Position numbers and translations under genes: made by a program | The notes under the pieces: generated by a model | What the model saw: the letters and a program-made list of their open reading frames with translations, nothing else | What the model was told of the DNA's origin: nothing | Databases searched by the model: none | In this document: piece after piece, positions 29,107 to 38,182 of the stretch | Numbering within the stretch: position 1 is the stretch's first letter | How the letters are laid out: each line of letters begins with the position of its first letter | Origin: an uncultured Candidatus Rokubacteria bacterium | Lineage (GTDB): Bacteria > Methylomirabilota > Methylomirabilia > Rokubacteriales > DASRDR01 | Length of the DNA: 64,000 nucleotides | Assembly: GCA_963805625.1 (NCBI GenBank) | Contig: CAWDVE010000019.1 | Location: 648,698 to 712,697, forward strand | Direction: 5' to 3'

Positions 29107-29889
29107 ATGAACCACGACCAGTGGCTCGAGCAGGCCGACGTCTACGCGGCGGGCGCCCTCGACGGCCGGGAGCTGGCCGAGTTCGAGGCCCACCTCACCA
29201 CGGGCTGCGCGATCTGCGCCGAGCGGCTCCGCGAGACGCGGGAGGCGCTCACGCTCATGCCGCGGTCGCTCCCGGAGGTGCCGCCGCCGCCCGCGCTCCG
29301 GGCGCGGGTCCTCGACGCGATCGCCGCGGAGCGCCCGCCCGCGGCCGCTCCCGGCGCGCTCCGCCCCGCGCCGCGCCGGCGCCGCGCCATGTGGTGGGCG
29401 GGCTGGGCAGGGCTCGCCGCGGCGGCGGCGCTCCTCGTCGTCGTCAACGCACAGCTCAGGGAGACGCGCGAGGAGCTCCGCGCCTTGCGGGGCCGCCTGG
29501 CGACGCTCCAGACGGAGCTCACCCAGCGCGAGGAGGCGCTCCGGTTCCTGTCGGACCCGAACGTCCGCTACGTGAGCCTGGGCGGGCTCAAGCCCACGCC
29601 GGAGGCGAGCGCCTGGCTACTCTGGAACCCGGCGACGCGCCAGGGCCTGCTTCTGGCACGCGGCCTGCCCGCCGCGCCGGCGGGGCACGCCTACGAGCTC
29701 TGGGCGCTCGCGGGCGCCCAGCCCGTGCCTGCGGGCGTGTTCAGCGCGGACGCCGGAGGGCGGGCGCTCCTGCGTCTCCCGCCGCTCCCCGAGGGCCACA
29801 CCTACGACGCCTTCGCGGTCACCCTCGAGCCCGCTCCCGGCGTGCCGAAGCCGACCGGCCCGATGCACCTCCACGGGAAGGTGCTGTAG
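29107..29889 (+). CDS. Anti-sigma factor (RskA-like)
   Basis: YAAGALD..E...FEAHL...CxxC, TM helix, YELW, FAVTLEP..G...PTGP. Confidence 0.9.
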   Translation: MNHDQWLEQADVYAAGALDGRELAEFEAHLTTGCAICAERLRETREALTLMPRSLPEVPPPPALRARVLDAIAAERPPAAAPGALRPAPRRRRAMWWAGWAGLAAAAALLVVVNAQLRETREELRALRGRLATLQTELTQREEALRFLSDPNVRYVSLGGLKPTPEASAWLLWNPATRQGLLLARGLPAAPAGHAYELWALAGAQPVPAGVFSADAGGRALLRLPPLPEGHTYDAFAVTLEPAPGVPKPTGPMHLHGKVL

Positions 29890-29890
29890 C

Positions 29891-30028
29891 GGGGTCAGGC
29901 TTTGACTTCCAAACAATTCCACTCGTCGACCCGGCGGCGCTGATTCCGGCAGGGTCGGGCCCAAGTTCCCTACGCGCCGGACTATCCTCGGTCGTCCGCG
30001 GATTGTTCAGAAGTCAAAGTCTGACCCC
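29891..30028. repeat. REP/MITE-like inverted-repeat element, copy 2
   Basis: GGGGTCAGGCTTTGACTTC...GAAGTCAAAGTCTGACCCC, 138 bp. Confidence 0.9.
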
Positions 30029-30089
30029 GGGTGGGCTCGCGTGCTTTCGAGCCCGAAGATCAGCGCGGAGCCTTTCAGGGCCTGGGCCA

Positions 30090-30794
30090 CTACCCGAGGA
30101 GGCTGACCGCCCCGCTCGCGATGTCGTAGTGAGCGGCGACCACCTTGACCTTGCCCTGTGCGACCAGGCCGGCGATCACGGGCGAGGCATTCCTCAGGAT
30201 GCTCGCCTGGATGCGGGCGTTCGCCCGGATCACCCCGTCGGGGTCGGGGCCCGCCTGGTCCACGGCGGGGCGGAGGGGCGCGTAGAGGGCGCTGATCTGG
30301 CCGGGGACGGCCTTCCCCGCGATCGCCGCGGTCACCGCGCCGCACGCGCCGTGGCCGAGCACCATGAGGAGCCGCGTGCCGAGGACGGCCGCCCCGTACT
30401 CCACGCTCGCGATGATCTCGGGCGTGGCGACGTTGCCGGCGACCCGCACCACGAAGACGTGGCCGATGGTCTGGTCGAAGAGGATCTCGACCGGCACGCG
30501 GGAGTCCGCGCACGAGAGAATGGCGGCGAAGGGCTCCTGCTTCTCCGCCGTCTTCTGGGCCAGCAGAGTGAGGTCCTCCTGGAACGAGGTCAGCCGGCCC
30601 GCCGTGAACCGCGCGTTCCCGTCCATCAGGGTCTTCAGGGCCTCGTCGGGGGTGAGCGCCGTCTGCGCGTGCGCCCGACCGGGCGCCCCCGCGCCGGACG
30701 CGACGCCGAGGCCCAGGGCGACGCTCCCGGCCACGGCCATCCTGAGCAGGTCTCGCCGGGAGGCGACGGTGTCCATCTCGCGATTCGACGGCAT
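30090..30794 (-). CDS. Beta-class carbonic anhydrase with Tat signal
   Basis: SRRDLL twin-Arg, CADSR, RVAGN, HxxCG. Confidence 0.93.
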   Translation of the reverse strand: MPSNREMDTVASRRDLLRMAVAGSVALGLGVASGAGAPGRAHAQTALTPDEALKTLMDGNARFTAGRLTSFQEDLTLLAQKTAEKQEPFAAILSCADSRVPVEILFDQTIGHVFVVRVAGNVATPEIIASVEYGAAVLGTRLLMVLGHGACGAVTAAIAGKAVPGQISALYAPLRPAVDQAGPDPDGVIRANARIQASILRNASPVIAGLVAQGKVKVVAAHYDIASGAVSLLG

Positions 30795-30824
30795 GTCACA
30801 GCCCTCCTTTGGTTGTGCTCTGGC

Positions 30825-30961
30825 GGGGTCAGACTTTGACTTCCAAACAATTCGGCTCGTCGCCCCCGCGCCGCTGATTCCGGCCGGCTCGCGCCTGAGC
30901 GCCGAGACGCTGAGCCGTCCTCAGTGCTCAGCGGATTGTATCGAAGTCAAAGTCTGCCCCC
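30825..30961. repeat. REP/MITE-like inverted-repeat element, copy 3
   Basis: GGGGTCAGACTTTGACTTC...GAAGTCAAAGTCTGCCCCC, 137 bp; internal similarity to copy 2. Confidence 0.9.
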
Positions 30962-31588
30962 GTCGTGGAGCGCGAAGAGGCCGCTGATCGACTTGAAGGG
31001 GATGAGCACGCCGTGCTCGGAGAGCCGCACGGGCGCGTCGTCGCCCTCGAAGAGCGTCACGAGCTCCTGCTGCTCGGTGAGCGGCCAGTCGCGGTGGCCG
31101 GGGCCGAGCCGGTGCGACACGCGCGCCCGCGGCAGCGCCGTGATCAGGTCCCGCCGGAGCGCCCGCACCGCCGCCTCGATCCCCGCCCAGCCCGCGAGGT
31201 CGAGGAGGTAGGCCTCGAGGAGCTCCTGACGCTCCCCGAGGGCGATGACCTCGGCCTCGAGCGCCGGGCCGAGCGTCAGGACGAACGCGACCGCGCGCCG
31301 GGCGCCGGCGAGATGACGCGCGACCGCGTGGCCGGAGAAGGACGGACCCCGGGCGAGAGCGACCCGGGCCGAGGCGACCGCGGCGATGCGGAGCAGCCGG
31401 AGCCGGGCGGCGGGCTCGGCCAGCTCGCCCGCGCGGACCGCCATCGCCCGCGTCGCCTCCCAGACCGCCGCCGGCGCCTCGTCGCGCCGGCGGTACCGCG
31501 CCAGCCGGAGGACGGTCCAGGGGTCGATCGGGAGCCGGTCGGGCCGCCAGGGGATGACGTGATCGAGCCGGAGCCGCACGGGGCCCAC
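30947..31588 (-). CDS. Stand-alone B12-dependent methionine synthase activation-domain-like protein
   Basis: FVLTLGP.LE, AYLLD..G...E, RLGPG..DWPL..Q, LIPFKSISG. Confidence 0.78.
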   Translation of the reverse strand: MGPVRLRLDHVIPWRPDRLPIDPWTVLRLARYRRRDEAPAAVWEATRAMAVRAGELAEPAARLRLLRIAAVASARVALARGPSFSGHAVARHLAGARRAVAFVLTLGPALEAEVIALGERQELLEAYLLDLAGWAGIEAAVRALRRDLITALPRARVSHRLGPGHRDWPLTEQQELVTLFEGDDAPVRLSEHGVLIPFKSISGLFALHDGGRL

Positions 31589-31651
31589 GTTAGCCTGGAT
31601 CGCGCGGCGGCGGTACCATTCGTGGCGGCTGGCGCGGGCGGGGGGCGCCCC

Positions 31652-31679
31652 TTGACGCGACTCACGTCGCTTCTATAAT
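31652..31679 (+). promoter_or_regulatory. sigma70 promoter
   Basis: TTGACG-16bp-TATAAT upstream of the reductase gene. Confidence 0.7.
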
Positions 31680-31773
31680 CGACGCGAATCGACGCGTTCT
31701 CCACGTCCCCGCGCGGGGCGTGGGCCGGCCTGCCTCGAGATCCCCCGCGAGCGACTGGGAGGAGATGGACGTC

Positions 31774-32673
31774 ATGCAGGGACCGATCGGATTCATCGGG
31801 CTCGGGATCATGGGCCGCCCCATGGCCAAGAACCTCCTGAAGGCCGGCCACGCGGTGGTCGTCAGCAACCGGAGCCAGGCGGCCGTCCAGGAGCTCGCCG
31901 GCCTCGGCGCGAAGACGGCCGACTCGCCGGCGGCGGTCGCCCGCGCCGCGGGAGACCTGATCATCACGATGCTGCCGAACTCCCCCGACGTCGAGCTGGT
32001 CGCGCTGGGTCCGAAGGGGCTGGTCGAGGGCGTCAGGTCCGGCCAGGTCCTCGCCGACATGTCGACCATCTCGCCGATCGTCTCCCAGAAGGTGGGGGCG
32101 GCGCTCGCCCAGAAGGGCGTCAAGATGCTCGACGCGCCGGTCTCGGGCGGGGAGAAGGGCGCGATCGAGGGCATCCTGTCGATCATGGTCGGGGGCGAGG
32201 CGGGCGTGTTCCAGCAGGTCCTGCCGGTCTTCCAGGCGATGGGGAAGACGATCACGCATCTGGGGCCCCTCGGGGCCGGCGGCTTCACGAAGCTCGCCAA
32301 CCAGATCATCGTGGCCGTCAACCTGACGGCGCTCGCCGAGGCGCTGACGCTCGCGGCGAAGGCGGGGCTCGACATCGAGCTGACGCTGAAGGCCCTGGGC
32401 GGGGGCCTCGCCGGGTCGCGCTGCCTCGACCAGAAGACGCCCAACTACCTCGCGCACGAGTTCAAGCCCGGGTTCAAGATCGACCTCCACTACAAGGACC
32501 TCGGGCTCATCGCCGACGCTGCCCGGGCGCTCGGGGTGCCGCTCCCGACGACGGCCGTCGTGCAGGAGCTCTTCAGCGCGGCGCGCGTGCGCGGCCGGGG
32601 CCAGCTCGACCACTCCGGGATCGTGACGGTGCTCGAGGATCTCGCGGGCGTCCAGGTGAAGAAGCACGCATGA
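31774..32673 (+). CDS. garR: 2-hydroxy-3-oxopropionate reductase (beta-hydroxyacid dehydrogenase family)
   Basis: GFIGLGIMGRPMAKNL, DAPVSGG, KLANQ, FKPGFKIDLHYKDL. Confidence 0.85.
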   Translation: MQGPIGFIGLGIMGRPMAKNLLKAGHAVVVSNRSQAAVQELAGLGAKTADSPAAVARAAGDLIITMLPNSPDVELVALGPKGLVEGVRSGQVLADMSTISPIVSQKVGAALAQKGVKMLDAPVSGGEKGAIEGILSIMVGGEAGVFQQVLPVFQAMGKTITHLGPLGAGGFTKLANQIIVAVNLTALAEALTLAAKAGLDIELTLKALGGGLAGSRCLDQKTPNYLAHEFKPGFKIDLHYKDLGLIADAARALGVPLPTTAVVQELFSAARVRGRGQLDHSGIVTVLEDLAGVQVKKHA

Positions 32674-32736
32674 GTGGCCTCCACCTCGTCGTGACGACGA
32701 CGGGGCGCGGCCTCGACGCGAGTCGGTGAGCACGCG

Positions 32737-33714
32737 ATGATCAAGGTCAGGCGAGTCAAGAAGGGCGACCTCTCGCGGATGCGCGAGGTCGTCGAGGCGG
32801 CCTTCGGCGACTTCTACGAGCGCCAGCTGGGCACCCGCCCGCGGCAGGTGTTCGGCGGCGCGCAGTACGTCCATCACCGCTGGCTCATGGAGCCGTGGGG
32901 GTGCTTCGTCGCCGAGGAGAACGAGGGCAAGATCGTCGGCGTCTCGGTCGCGGTGTGCTGGGGGACGCTCGGGCTCTTCGGCCCGGTGGCCGTCTTGACG
33001 CCCTACCAGAACCAGAAGGTCGCCCAGCAGCTCGTGCGGGCGGCCCAGGGCTTCTTCGACGAGAACCGGGTGACGCTCCAGGGGGTGGTGACGTTCCCCT
33101 ACAGCCCGAAGCATCTGGTCCTCTACCAGAAGTTCGACTTCAAGCCGCGGGCCCTCGTCGCCATCACCGTGCGGTCGATCGAGCGGCGCGAGCCGGCGCC
33201 GGCCGCGAAGCCCGCGCGCGGGACGCCGGAGATCAAGCGCTTCTCGACGTACGAGGAAGGGAAGAAGAAGGGGCTCCTCGCGCGCCTCCGGACGCTGACG
33301 GGGCGGATCTACCGCGGGCTCGACCTCACCAAGGAGATCGAGATCGTCGACGGCCTCGCCCTCGGCGACACGCTCCTCCTCGAGAAGGACGGCGCCGTCC
33401 TGGGCTTCGCGATCTGCCACACGCCGGGCGTGTCCGAGGCGCCCCAGGGGGCGCTCTACATCAAGTACCTCGCCATCGACCCCGCGCGCCGGCGCCCGGA
33501 GCACTTCGTCCAGCTCCTCTCGGCCTGCGAGGACTTCGGGGTCAACGCGGCGTGCCAGCGCGTCATCGCCCCCGTCTACACGGGCTACTGGCGCGCCTAC
33601 CAGACGCTGCTCGGGTCGGGCTACCACGTCGACATGCTGATGCTCCGCATGAAGCGCGGCAAGAGCGACGACTACGAGCGGGAAGAGGACTTCGTCCTCG
33701 ACGACTGGCGCTAG
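32737..33714 (+). CDS. Tandem GNAT-family acetyltransferase
   Basis: FGPVAV...YQNQKVAQQL, LYQKFDF; two GNAT-like halves. Confidence 0.75.
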   Translation: MIKVRRVKKGDLSRMREVVEAAFGDFYERQLGTRPRQVFGGAQYVHHRWLMEPWGCFVAEENEGKIVGVSVAVCWGTLGLFGPVAVLTPYQNQKVAQQLVRAAQGFFDENRVTLQGVVTFPYSPKHLVLYQKFDFKPRALVAITVRSIERREPAPAAKPARGTPEIKRFSTYEEGKKKGLLARLRTLTGRIYRGLDLTKEIEIVDGLALGDTLLLEKDGAVLGFAICHTPGVSEAPQGALYIKYLAIDPARRRPEHFVQLLSACEDFGVNAACQRVIAPVYTGYWRAYQTLLGSGYHVDMLMLRMKRGKSDDYEREEDFVLDDWR

Positions 33715-33785
33715 CGCCCATCCGCCCCGCCTTCGCTCCCCCGGCACGATGCTGGGTACTCCGACAGCGACTAGACACTCCGCGA

Positions 33786-33821
33786 TTGACAGGGTGACCA
33801 CCAGTGACTACTCTGAGTGTA
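33786..33821 (+). promoter_or_regulatory. sigma70 promoter for a probably leaderless TA transcript
   Basis: TTGACA-17bp-TACTCT, 6 nt before ATG; GTGAC direct repeats in the spacer. Confidence 0.72.
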
Positions 33822-34120
33822 TGCGAGCCGTCGGAGTCAAGCAGCTGAAGGCCCGGCTTTCGGAGTACCTCCGCCTGGTTCGGACCGGGGAGACCGTCTT
33901 GGTCACCGATCGCGACGAGGTCGTGGCCGAGCTGCGCCCGGCTCGACGGCAGGGCGGCCAAGCCGAGGAGCTCGAGGAGATCTTGGAAGCCCTCGCTGAC
34001 TCGCGTGAAGTCACACGGGCCAGCCTGCCCAAGGGGGACTGGACGTGGCAGGTGCGCGGCCTCGGGTTACCGCCTGGCACCGCTGACGCGCTGCTGGACT
34101 CGATCCGCAGCGACCGATAG
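33821..34120 (+). CDS. Phd/YefM-family antitoxin
   Basis: MRAVGVKQLKARLSEYLRLVRTGETVLVTDR. Confidence 0.9.
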   Translation: MRAVGVKQLKARLSEYLRLVRTGETVLVTDRDEVVAELRPARRQGGQAEELEEILEALADSREVTRASLPKGDWTWQVRGLGLPPGTADALLDSIRSDR

Positions 34121-34129
34121 CCGACACTC

Positions 34130-34543
34130 GTGGCTCGTGCCCTGTACCTCGATACGTCGGCTGTGCTGCGCGCTGTCGTCGAGGAGGGGATGACCCCCGA
34201 AGTGGAGCGCAGCCTCCAGGAGGCCCGGATGCTCCTCACCTCTCGCCTCGCTCTCGTGGAGTCGGCCCGGGCACTCATTCGGCTCCGCGTGACCGGAGCG
34301 GCCCCGGAGGCTCGTCTGGCCGATGCGGAGCGGACCTTGGCCACGCTCTGGAGCCGGTGCGAGATCTGGGAGGTCAGCCCGAGCGTGTGCGAGAGCGCCC
34401 GTCACGTCGCGCCCGGCAGGGCGCTGCGGACGCTCGACGCCCTCCATCTGGCCACGTTCCTGCTGGCGCGGCGACGAATCCAGGACATCGAGCTGCTGAC
34501 GGTCGACGAACGCTTGCGGGACGCGGCTCTCGGCGGCGGCTGA
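34130..34543 (+). CDS. vapC: VapC PIN-domain toxin
   Basis: YLDTSAVL, E, LRTLDALHLAT, TVD. Confidence 0.9.
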   Translation: MARALYLDTSAVLRAVVEEGMTPEVERSLQEARMLLTSRLALVESARALIRLRVTGAAPEARLADAERTLATLWSRCEIWEVSPSVCESARHVAPGRALRTLDALHLATFLLARRRIQDIELLTVDERLRDAALGGG

Positions 34544-34586
34544 CGCCGCGAGTTGACGAGTCGTGTCGGGTTCCCCGGCGATCGGT

Positions 34587-34666
34587 AGGTCGCGCTCGCG
34601 GAGAGCCGGGGACGCTTCGAGGAGGCGCGCGATGTGAGCTAGGTCCTTCCGCGGCTGGCTCCAGGG
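34587..34666 (-). pseudogene. Possible C-terminal remnant of a nucleotidyltransferase-like gene
   Basis: RKDLAHIARLLEASPALRER resembles the KDLxDI helix ending AbiEii-like NTases. Confidence 0.35.
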
Positions 34667-34879
34667 CCGCCCGAGCGGGCCGGATGCCATGGGGGCGGGC
34701 TCAATCGCGGTCGACCCACCAGCGGAAGATGAACCCCCTGGAGCGCGGAGAGCGCGGGGAGGGTCGAGTCCTCCAGGAGGTAGACCGACAGAGCCCACCC
34801 GATCATGCCAGGCCCGCGCCTGGCGGGGCCGGGGGTGGGGACGCCCCGGCAGGGGATGCATCTGGAGTTTGCTCCCCAG

Positions 34880-34983
34880 CTGACGCAAGGGGTGTCAGTG
34901 ACGCTGGGATCCGGAACTACCTTCAGCCGCGTCCCCGCGAGGAGCGTTCCGAGAATCGCCGTCACTCGCGTCACCGGCGTCAC
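34880..34983. repeat. Iteron-like GTGACG/CGTCAC hexamers
   Basis: CGTCAC at 34960, 34969, 34978 (9-bp period); opposing GTGACG at 34898 and CTGACG at 34880. Confidence 0.55.
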
Positions 34984-37186
34984 TCGGCGTGCGAAGCCGG
35001 ATGCCCTGCCAGAGCCTGGTCCCTCCCGCTGCCCGTCTGCTCCGACATCCGCGCGCCTCGATCCGGGCCGCGAGTTTTCGGGCGCTGAGCGGAAAGCGAA
35101 TCCCCTGGTCGCGGCACCACTCCTCGTAGGCCTGGCGAAGCATGCGCGCGGACAGCTCGCCGGCCGGGTCGAGCACGCACACGTCCTCGAAGAAGCCGGC
35201 CAGGGGATCTTCCTCCGCCCGGTAGGACGCGGTCGCCGTGTCGATCTCCGGTGCCGATCCGAGCCTGTGGGCGAACCACTCCGCCGCGCCCTCGGCCATC
35301 CACGCGAGGATCGGCGTGCCGGCCTGCGTGGGATCCGTGAGGAAGGCCTTGACGTCCGGATCCCGTTCGGCGGCCGGAATGCTCGCCCCGAAGGGGATCT
35401 CGACGACCCGGCGCCAGAACGCCTCGTCGTCGTGACGGGCGCGGGGCCGCTCGTTGGCGGCGATGACCAGCTTGCACTGCGGGACGAACTCGAAGCTCTC
35501 CTGATAGAGGCGGCGGGCGACGACGAGGTCGCCGCCGGTCCAGGTCTTGAGGAGGCCCTGTGCCAGGGGCGTCCCGTCTGTGACCTCCGCCGACACGACG
35601 AGCCGGGCGCCGTGGAGGCGCGCGAGATCCTCGCGCGGCCCGCCGTCGACGCGGCGCTCGGTGAACGTGGAGAAGTCCGCGGTCGTCGCATAGTCGCCCA
35701 GGGTCCGGCGCAGCGCCCCGAGGAGCGTGGACTTGCCTCCCGCCGTCGGCCCGTGGATCAGGAAGAGCTTCTCCTCGATGGTGCTCCCGGTGAGGAAGTA
35801 GCCGGCCGCGCGCTGGACGTATGCCCGCGACCCCTCGTCGGGCAGGCCGCGCGCGAGGAACGCCTCCCAGGTCGGGTGCCGGGCCCCTGCCTGGTACGGG
35901 GCCGCCGTGACCTTGGTCAGGAAGTCCTCGCGGCGGTGCGGCCGGAGGTGGAGGGTCTGGAGCTCGAGGGTACCGTTCGGGCAGTTGACCACGAAGGGAT
36001 TCGCGTCGAACTGGGCCGCCTTCACGGGCAGCTCGCTCTGCGCCAGGAGGAGCATCCGGCGGAGACTCGGCTCGCTCTCCGAGCGCGTCGCCCACGCGTG
36101 GAGCCGCCGGCGGGCGTCCTCGCCCGCCTCGAGGGCGGCTTCGCGATAGATGGCCCGGGCCGTCTGCTTGGCGAGGCGCATGGCGTTGCCACCGGTCTCG
36201 CGCTGCCAGTGCGTCCCCGTCCAGAGGAGCCAGCTTTGCCACTCGTAACAGTATCGAGCGACGGCGCCATGCTGGCGGGCGAACCGGATCGCGTTGCCGG
36301 CATCCGTCGAGGTCGGCGCCTCGTCGGTCCCGGTGGCGCCGAGCCACTGCCGGATGAGGGCGACGGCCGCCGTCCCGTCTGCGCGCAAGCACTCTCCGAG
36401 CCGGGGCCCGCCGGTGGCAGCGTCGCCGCGCGCGAGGGCCGTGGCCGTGCTGAGGACGTCGGCGCCCCGAGCGGCCCACTCCTCGTCGCCGGCTACGCGG
36501 GCCGCCGACCGGACGATCTCGGCCGCCACCGCCGCATCGAGGCGGCACCGGAGGAGCAGCCCTCCCGCCGCGAGCGCCGCGTGGTGGCGCGCCCCGGGGC
36601 CGGGCCAGTGGCGGGCCAGGAGAGCCGCGGTCGCGAGCCGCGCCAGGTGGGCCAGAAGCTCCGCCCCCGTGACGCGCCCGGGCTCGGCGTCCTCCGCCCA
36701 TTCGATCGGCTCGCCGCCGGGATGGACGCTCGGAGGGAACATGGTCTGAGCGCCCGTCGCCCGGAGTTCGACCAGCATCGCCCCGGGGCGCGATCGGCCC
36801 TCACCCGCTACGTCCAGGAATTGAGCCGTCTCGGGCAGCGGGTGCGCGATGTAGAGCCGGTGGCTACTGGGCTTGCTGGCTCGCCCGAAGCGGGACGCCG
36901 TGGGCGGGAGCAACCGCTCCGCCAGCGCGAGCGTCTCGGGGCTGTCGAGGTCCACGTCGACGAGCCCGCCCGACGGCTCGCCGAGCAGCACGCCGATGTT
37001 CCGGCGTGCGCCGTCGAAGTGCTCGGAAAGCTCGGGCTCGGTCAGACGAAGGCGCTGCCAGCCAGGCATCGTGGGAGCCTTCGCGCGCGCGGGGAGCGGG
37101 AGCGGCTGCCAGCCACGAGCCAGGTACTCGCGCGCCGTGTCGAGGGTGGGGTTCGCGGGCGGGTGGGCCGGACCTAGGGAACTCAC
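34895..37186 (-). CDS. PrimPol + D5/P4-family SF3 primase-helicase (mobile-element Rep)
   Basis: NIGVLLG...VDVDLD, PPSVHP PrimPol; TDAGNA D5_N; GPTAGGKST Walker A; AFWRR. Confidence 0.92.
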   Translation of the reverse strand: MSSLGPAHPPANPTLDTAREYLARGWQPLPLPARAKAPTMPGWQRLRLTEPELSEHFDGARRNIGVLLGEPSGGLVDVDLDSPETLALAERLLPPTASRFGRASKPSSHRLYIAHPLPETAQFLDVAGEGRSRPGAMLVELRATGAQTMFPPSVHPGGEPIEWAEDAEPGRVTGAELLAHLARLATAALLARHWPGPGARHHAALAAGGLLLRCRLDAAVAAEIVRSAARVAGDEEWAARGADVLSTATALARGDAATGGPRLGECLRADGTAAVALIRQWLGATGTDEAPTSTDAGNAIRFARQHGAVARYCYEWQSWLLWTGTHWQRETGGNAMRLAKQTARAIYREAALEAGEDARRRLHAWATRSESEPSLRRMLLLAQSELPVKAAQFDANPFVVNCPNGTLELQTLHLRPHRREDFLTKVTAAPYQAGARHPTWEAFLARGLPDEGSRAYVQRAAGYFLTGSTIEEKLFLIHGPTAGGKSTLLGALRRTLGDYATTADFSTFTERRVDGGPREDLARLHGARLVVSAEVTDGTPLAQGLLKTWTGGDLVVARRLYQESFEFVPQCKLVIAANERPRARHDDEAFWRRVVEIPFGASIPAAERDPDVKAFLTDPTQAGTPILAWMAEGAAEWFAHRLGSAPEIDTATASYRAEEDPLAGFFEDVCVLDPAGELSARMLRQAYEEWCRDQGIRFPLSARKLAARIEARGCRSRRAAGGTRLWQGIRLRTPSDAGDASDGDSRNAPRGDAAEGSSGSQRH

Positions 37187-37360
37187 GTGCCGCTCTGTGA
37201 CCCTGGTCGGCGCGGAACGATCGCAGCTGGCCCCGGCAGAAGGGAGTGCCGACCGCGGTCATCGGGTGAGGCCGGTCGCCGCGACATGGCTACCCTCGGC
37301 GATCCGAGCATCGCCGCCGCCCGACCCCCAGGCTGGGATCGACCGGCAAGCGGGACATGG

Positions 37361-38182
37361 TCACACACGACGATCCGAGAGCTGCCGCTGCAGCATGCCC
37401 AGATACACGAGGGCGAGCTGGCGATGGGCGCCCGAGATCGTCGGCGACTCGAGGGCGCGCACGATGAACCGGACGATCCCTACCACCGCGCTCACGCCGA
37501 GCTCCTGCAGATCCGGGCTCGGTACGGCTTCGTGCTGAAGCGCGGCGAGCCCCTGCAGCACCGACATCCGTCCTAGCCGGCCCGCGCCGTCGCCCTCGTC
37601 GAGGAGATGCCGGGTGAGCTTGCTCATCAAGCGGGGGCCATAAAGCCACAAGTCCCCGAGATTCGTCGCGAACCAGTGGGCGCGCCGGGTGTACATGACC
37701 TCGACGATCTGGTCTACCGCCGCGCCCCGGGGCCCCGCTGGCTCCCACCCGGGGTCCACGGGGGCGACATCGGTCGCTGGAGTCGATCGTCGCAGGGCCC
37801 CGGCCCCCGCTGGCGAGTCCCAGACGGCGTGCAGAGGAGCGATCTCGGCATCGACAGCCGCGCAGAAGCCCTCGACGAACTCGTCCTCGAGCCGCGCCAC
37901 GAGCGCTTTGAAGGCGGCCTCGGTCCGCCACTTCCTGACCAGGCCGTAGGAGACCCCGACCTCCTTGGCGGCCTGCTTCACGTCCTCGCTCGTGAGAGCG
38001 GACAGGGCCGCGGCCATCTTTTTACGGGAGAACCCGACCGGCGCCCCACGCGGCGTCCCCAGACGGGTCGGCTCGACGTGCTGCGCAAGCTGCTCGCGGA
38101 TGAACCGTATCAGGAGCCCGTCATCTGTTTTCTTCCGAGGGGTCTCGGTCCCGCGTGAACCTGACTTCTCGACCATGGTCAC
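37361..38182 (-). CDS. Hypothetical HTH-domain protein
   Basis: VKQAAKEVGVSYGLVRKWR helix-turn-helix; upstream TTGACA. Confidence 0.65.
   Translation of the reverse strand: MTMVEKSGSRGTETPRKKTDDGLLIRFIREQLAQHVEPTRLGTPRGAPVGFSRKKMAAALSALTSEDVKQAAKEVGVSYGLVRKWRTEAAFKALVARLEDEFVEGFCAAVDAEIAPLHAVWDSPAGAGALRRSTPATDVAPVDPGWEPAGPRGAAVDQIVEVMYTRRAHWFATNLGDLWLYGPRLMSKLTRHLLDEGDGAGRLGRMSVLQGLAALQHEAVPSPDLQELGVSAVVGIVRFIVRALESPTISGAHRQLALVYLGMLQRQLSDRRV

Noticed and set aside
29891-30961. Tn3-family transposon (GGGG termini)
   Set aside because: IRs are ~19 bp rather than 38 bp, with no 5-bp TSD and no transposase or resolvase.
31276-33801. Long antisense ORFs (also 34805-37177, 21645-23984, 24474-26690, 680-2083 and others)
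   Set aside because: Shadow ORFs of high-GC genes; no motifs, and they overlap confident CDSs.
34895-38182. Prophage
   Set aside because: No structural, packaging, lysis or integrase genes.
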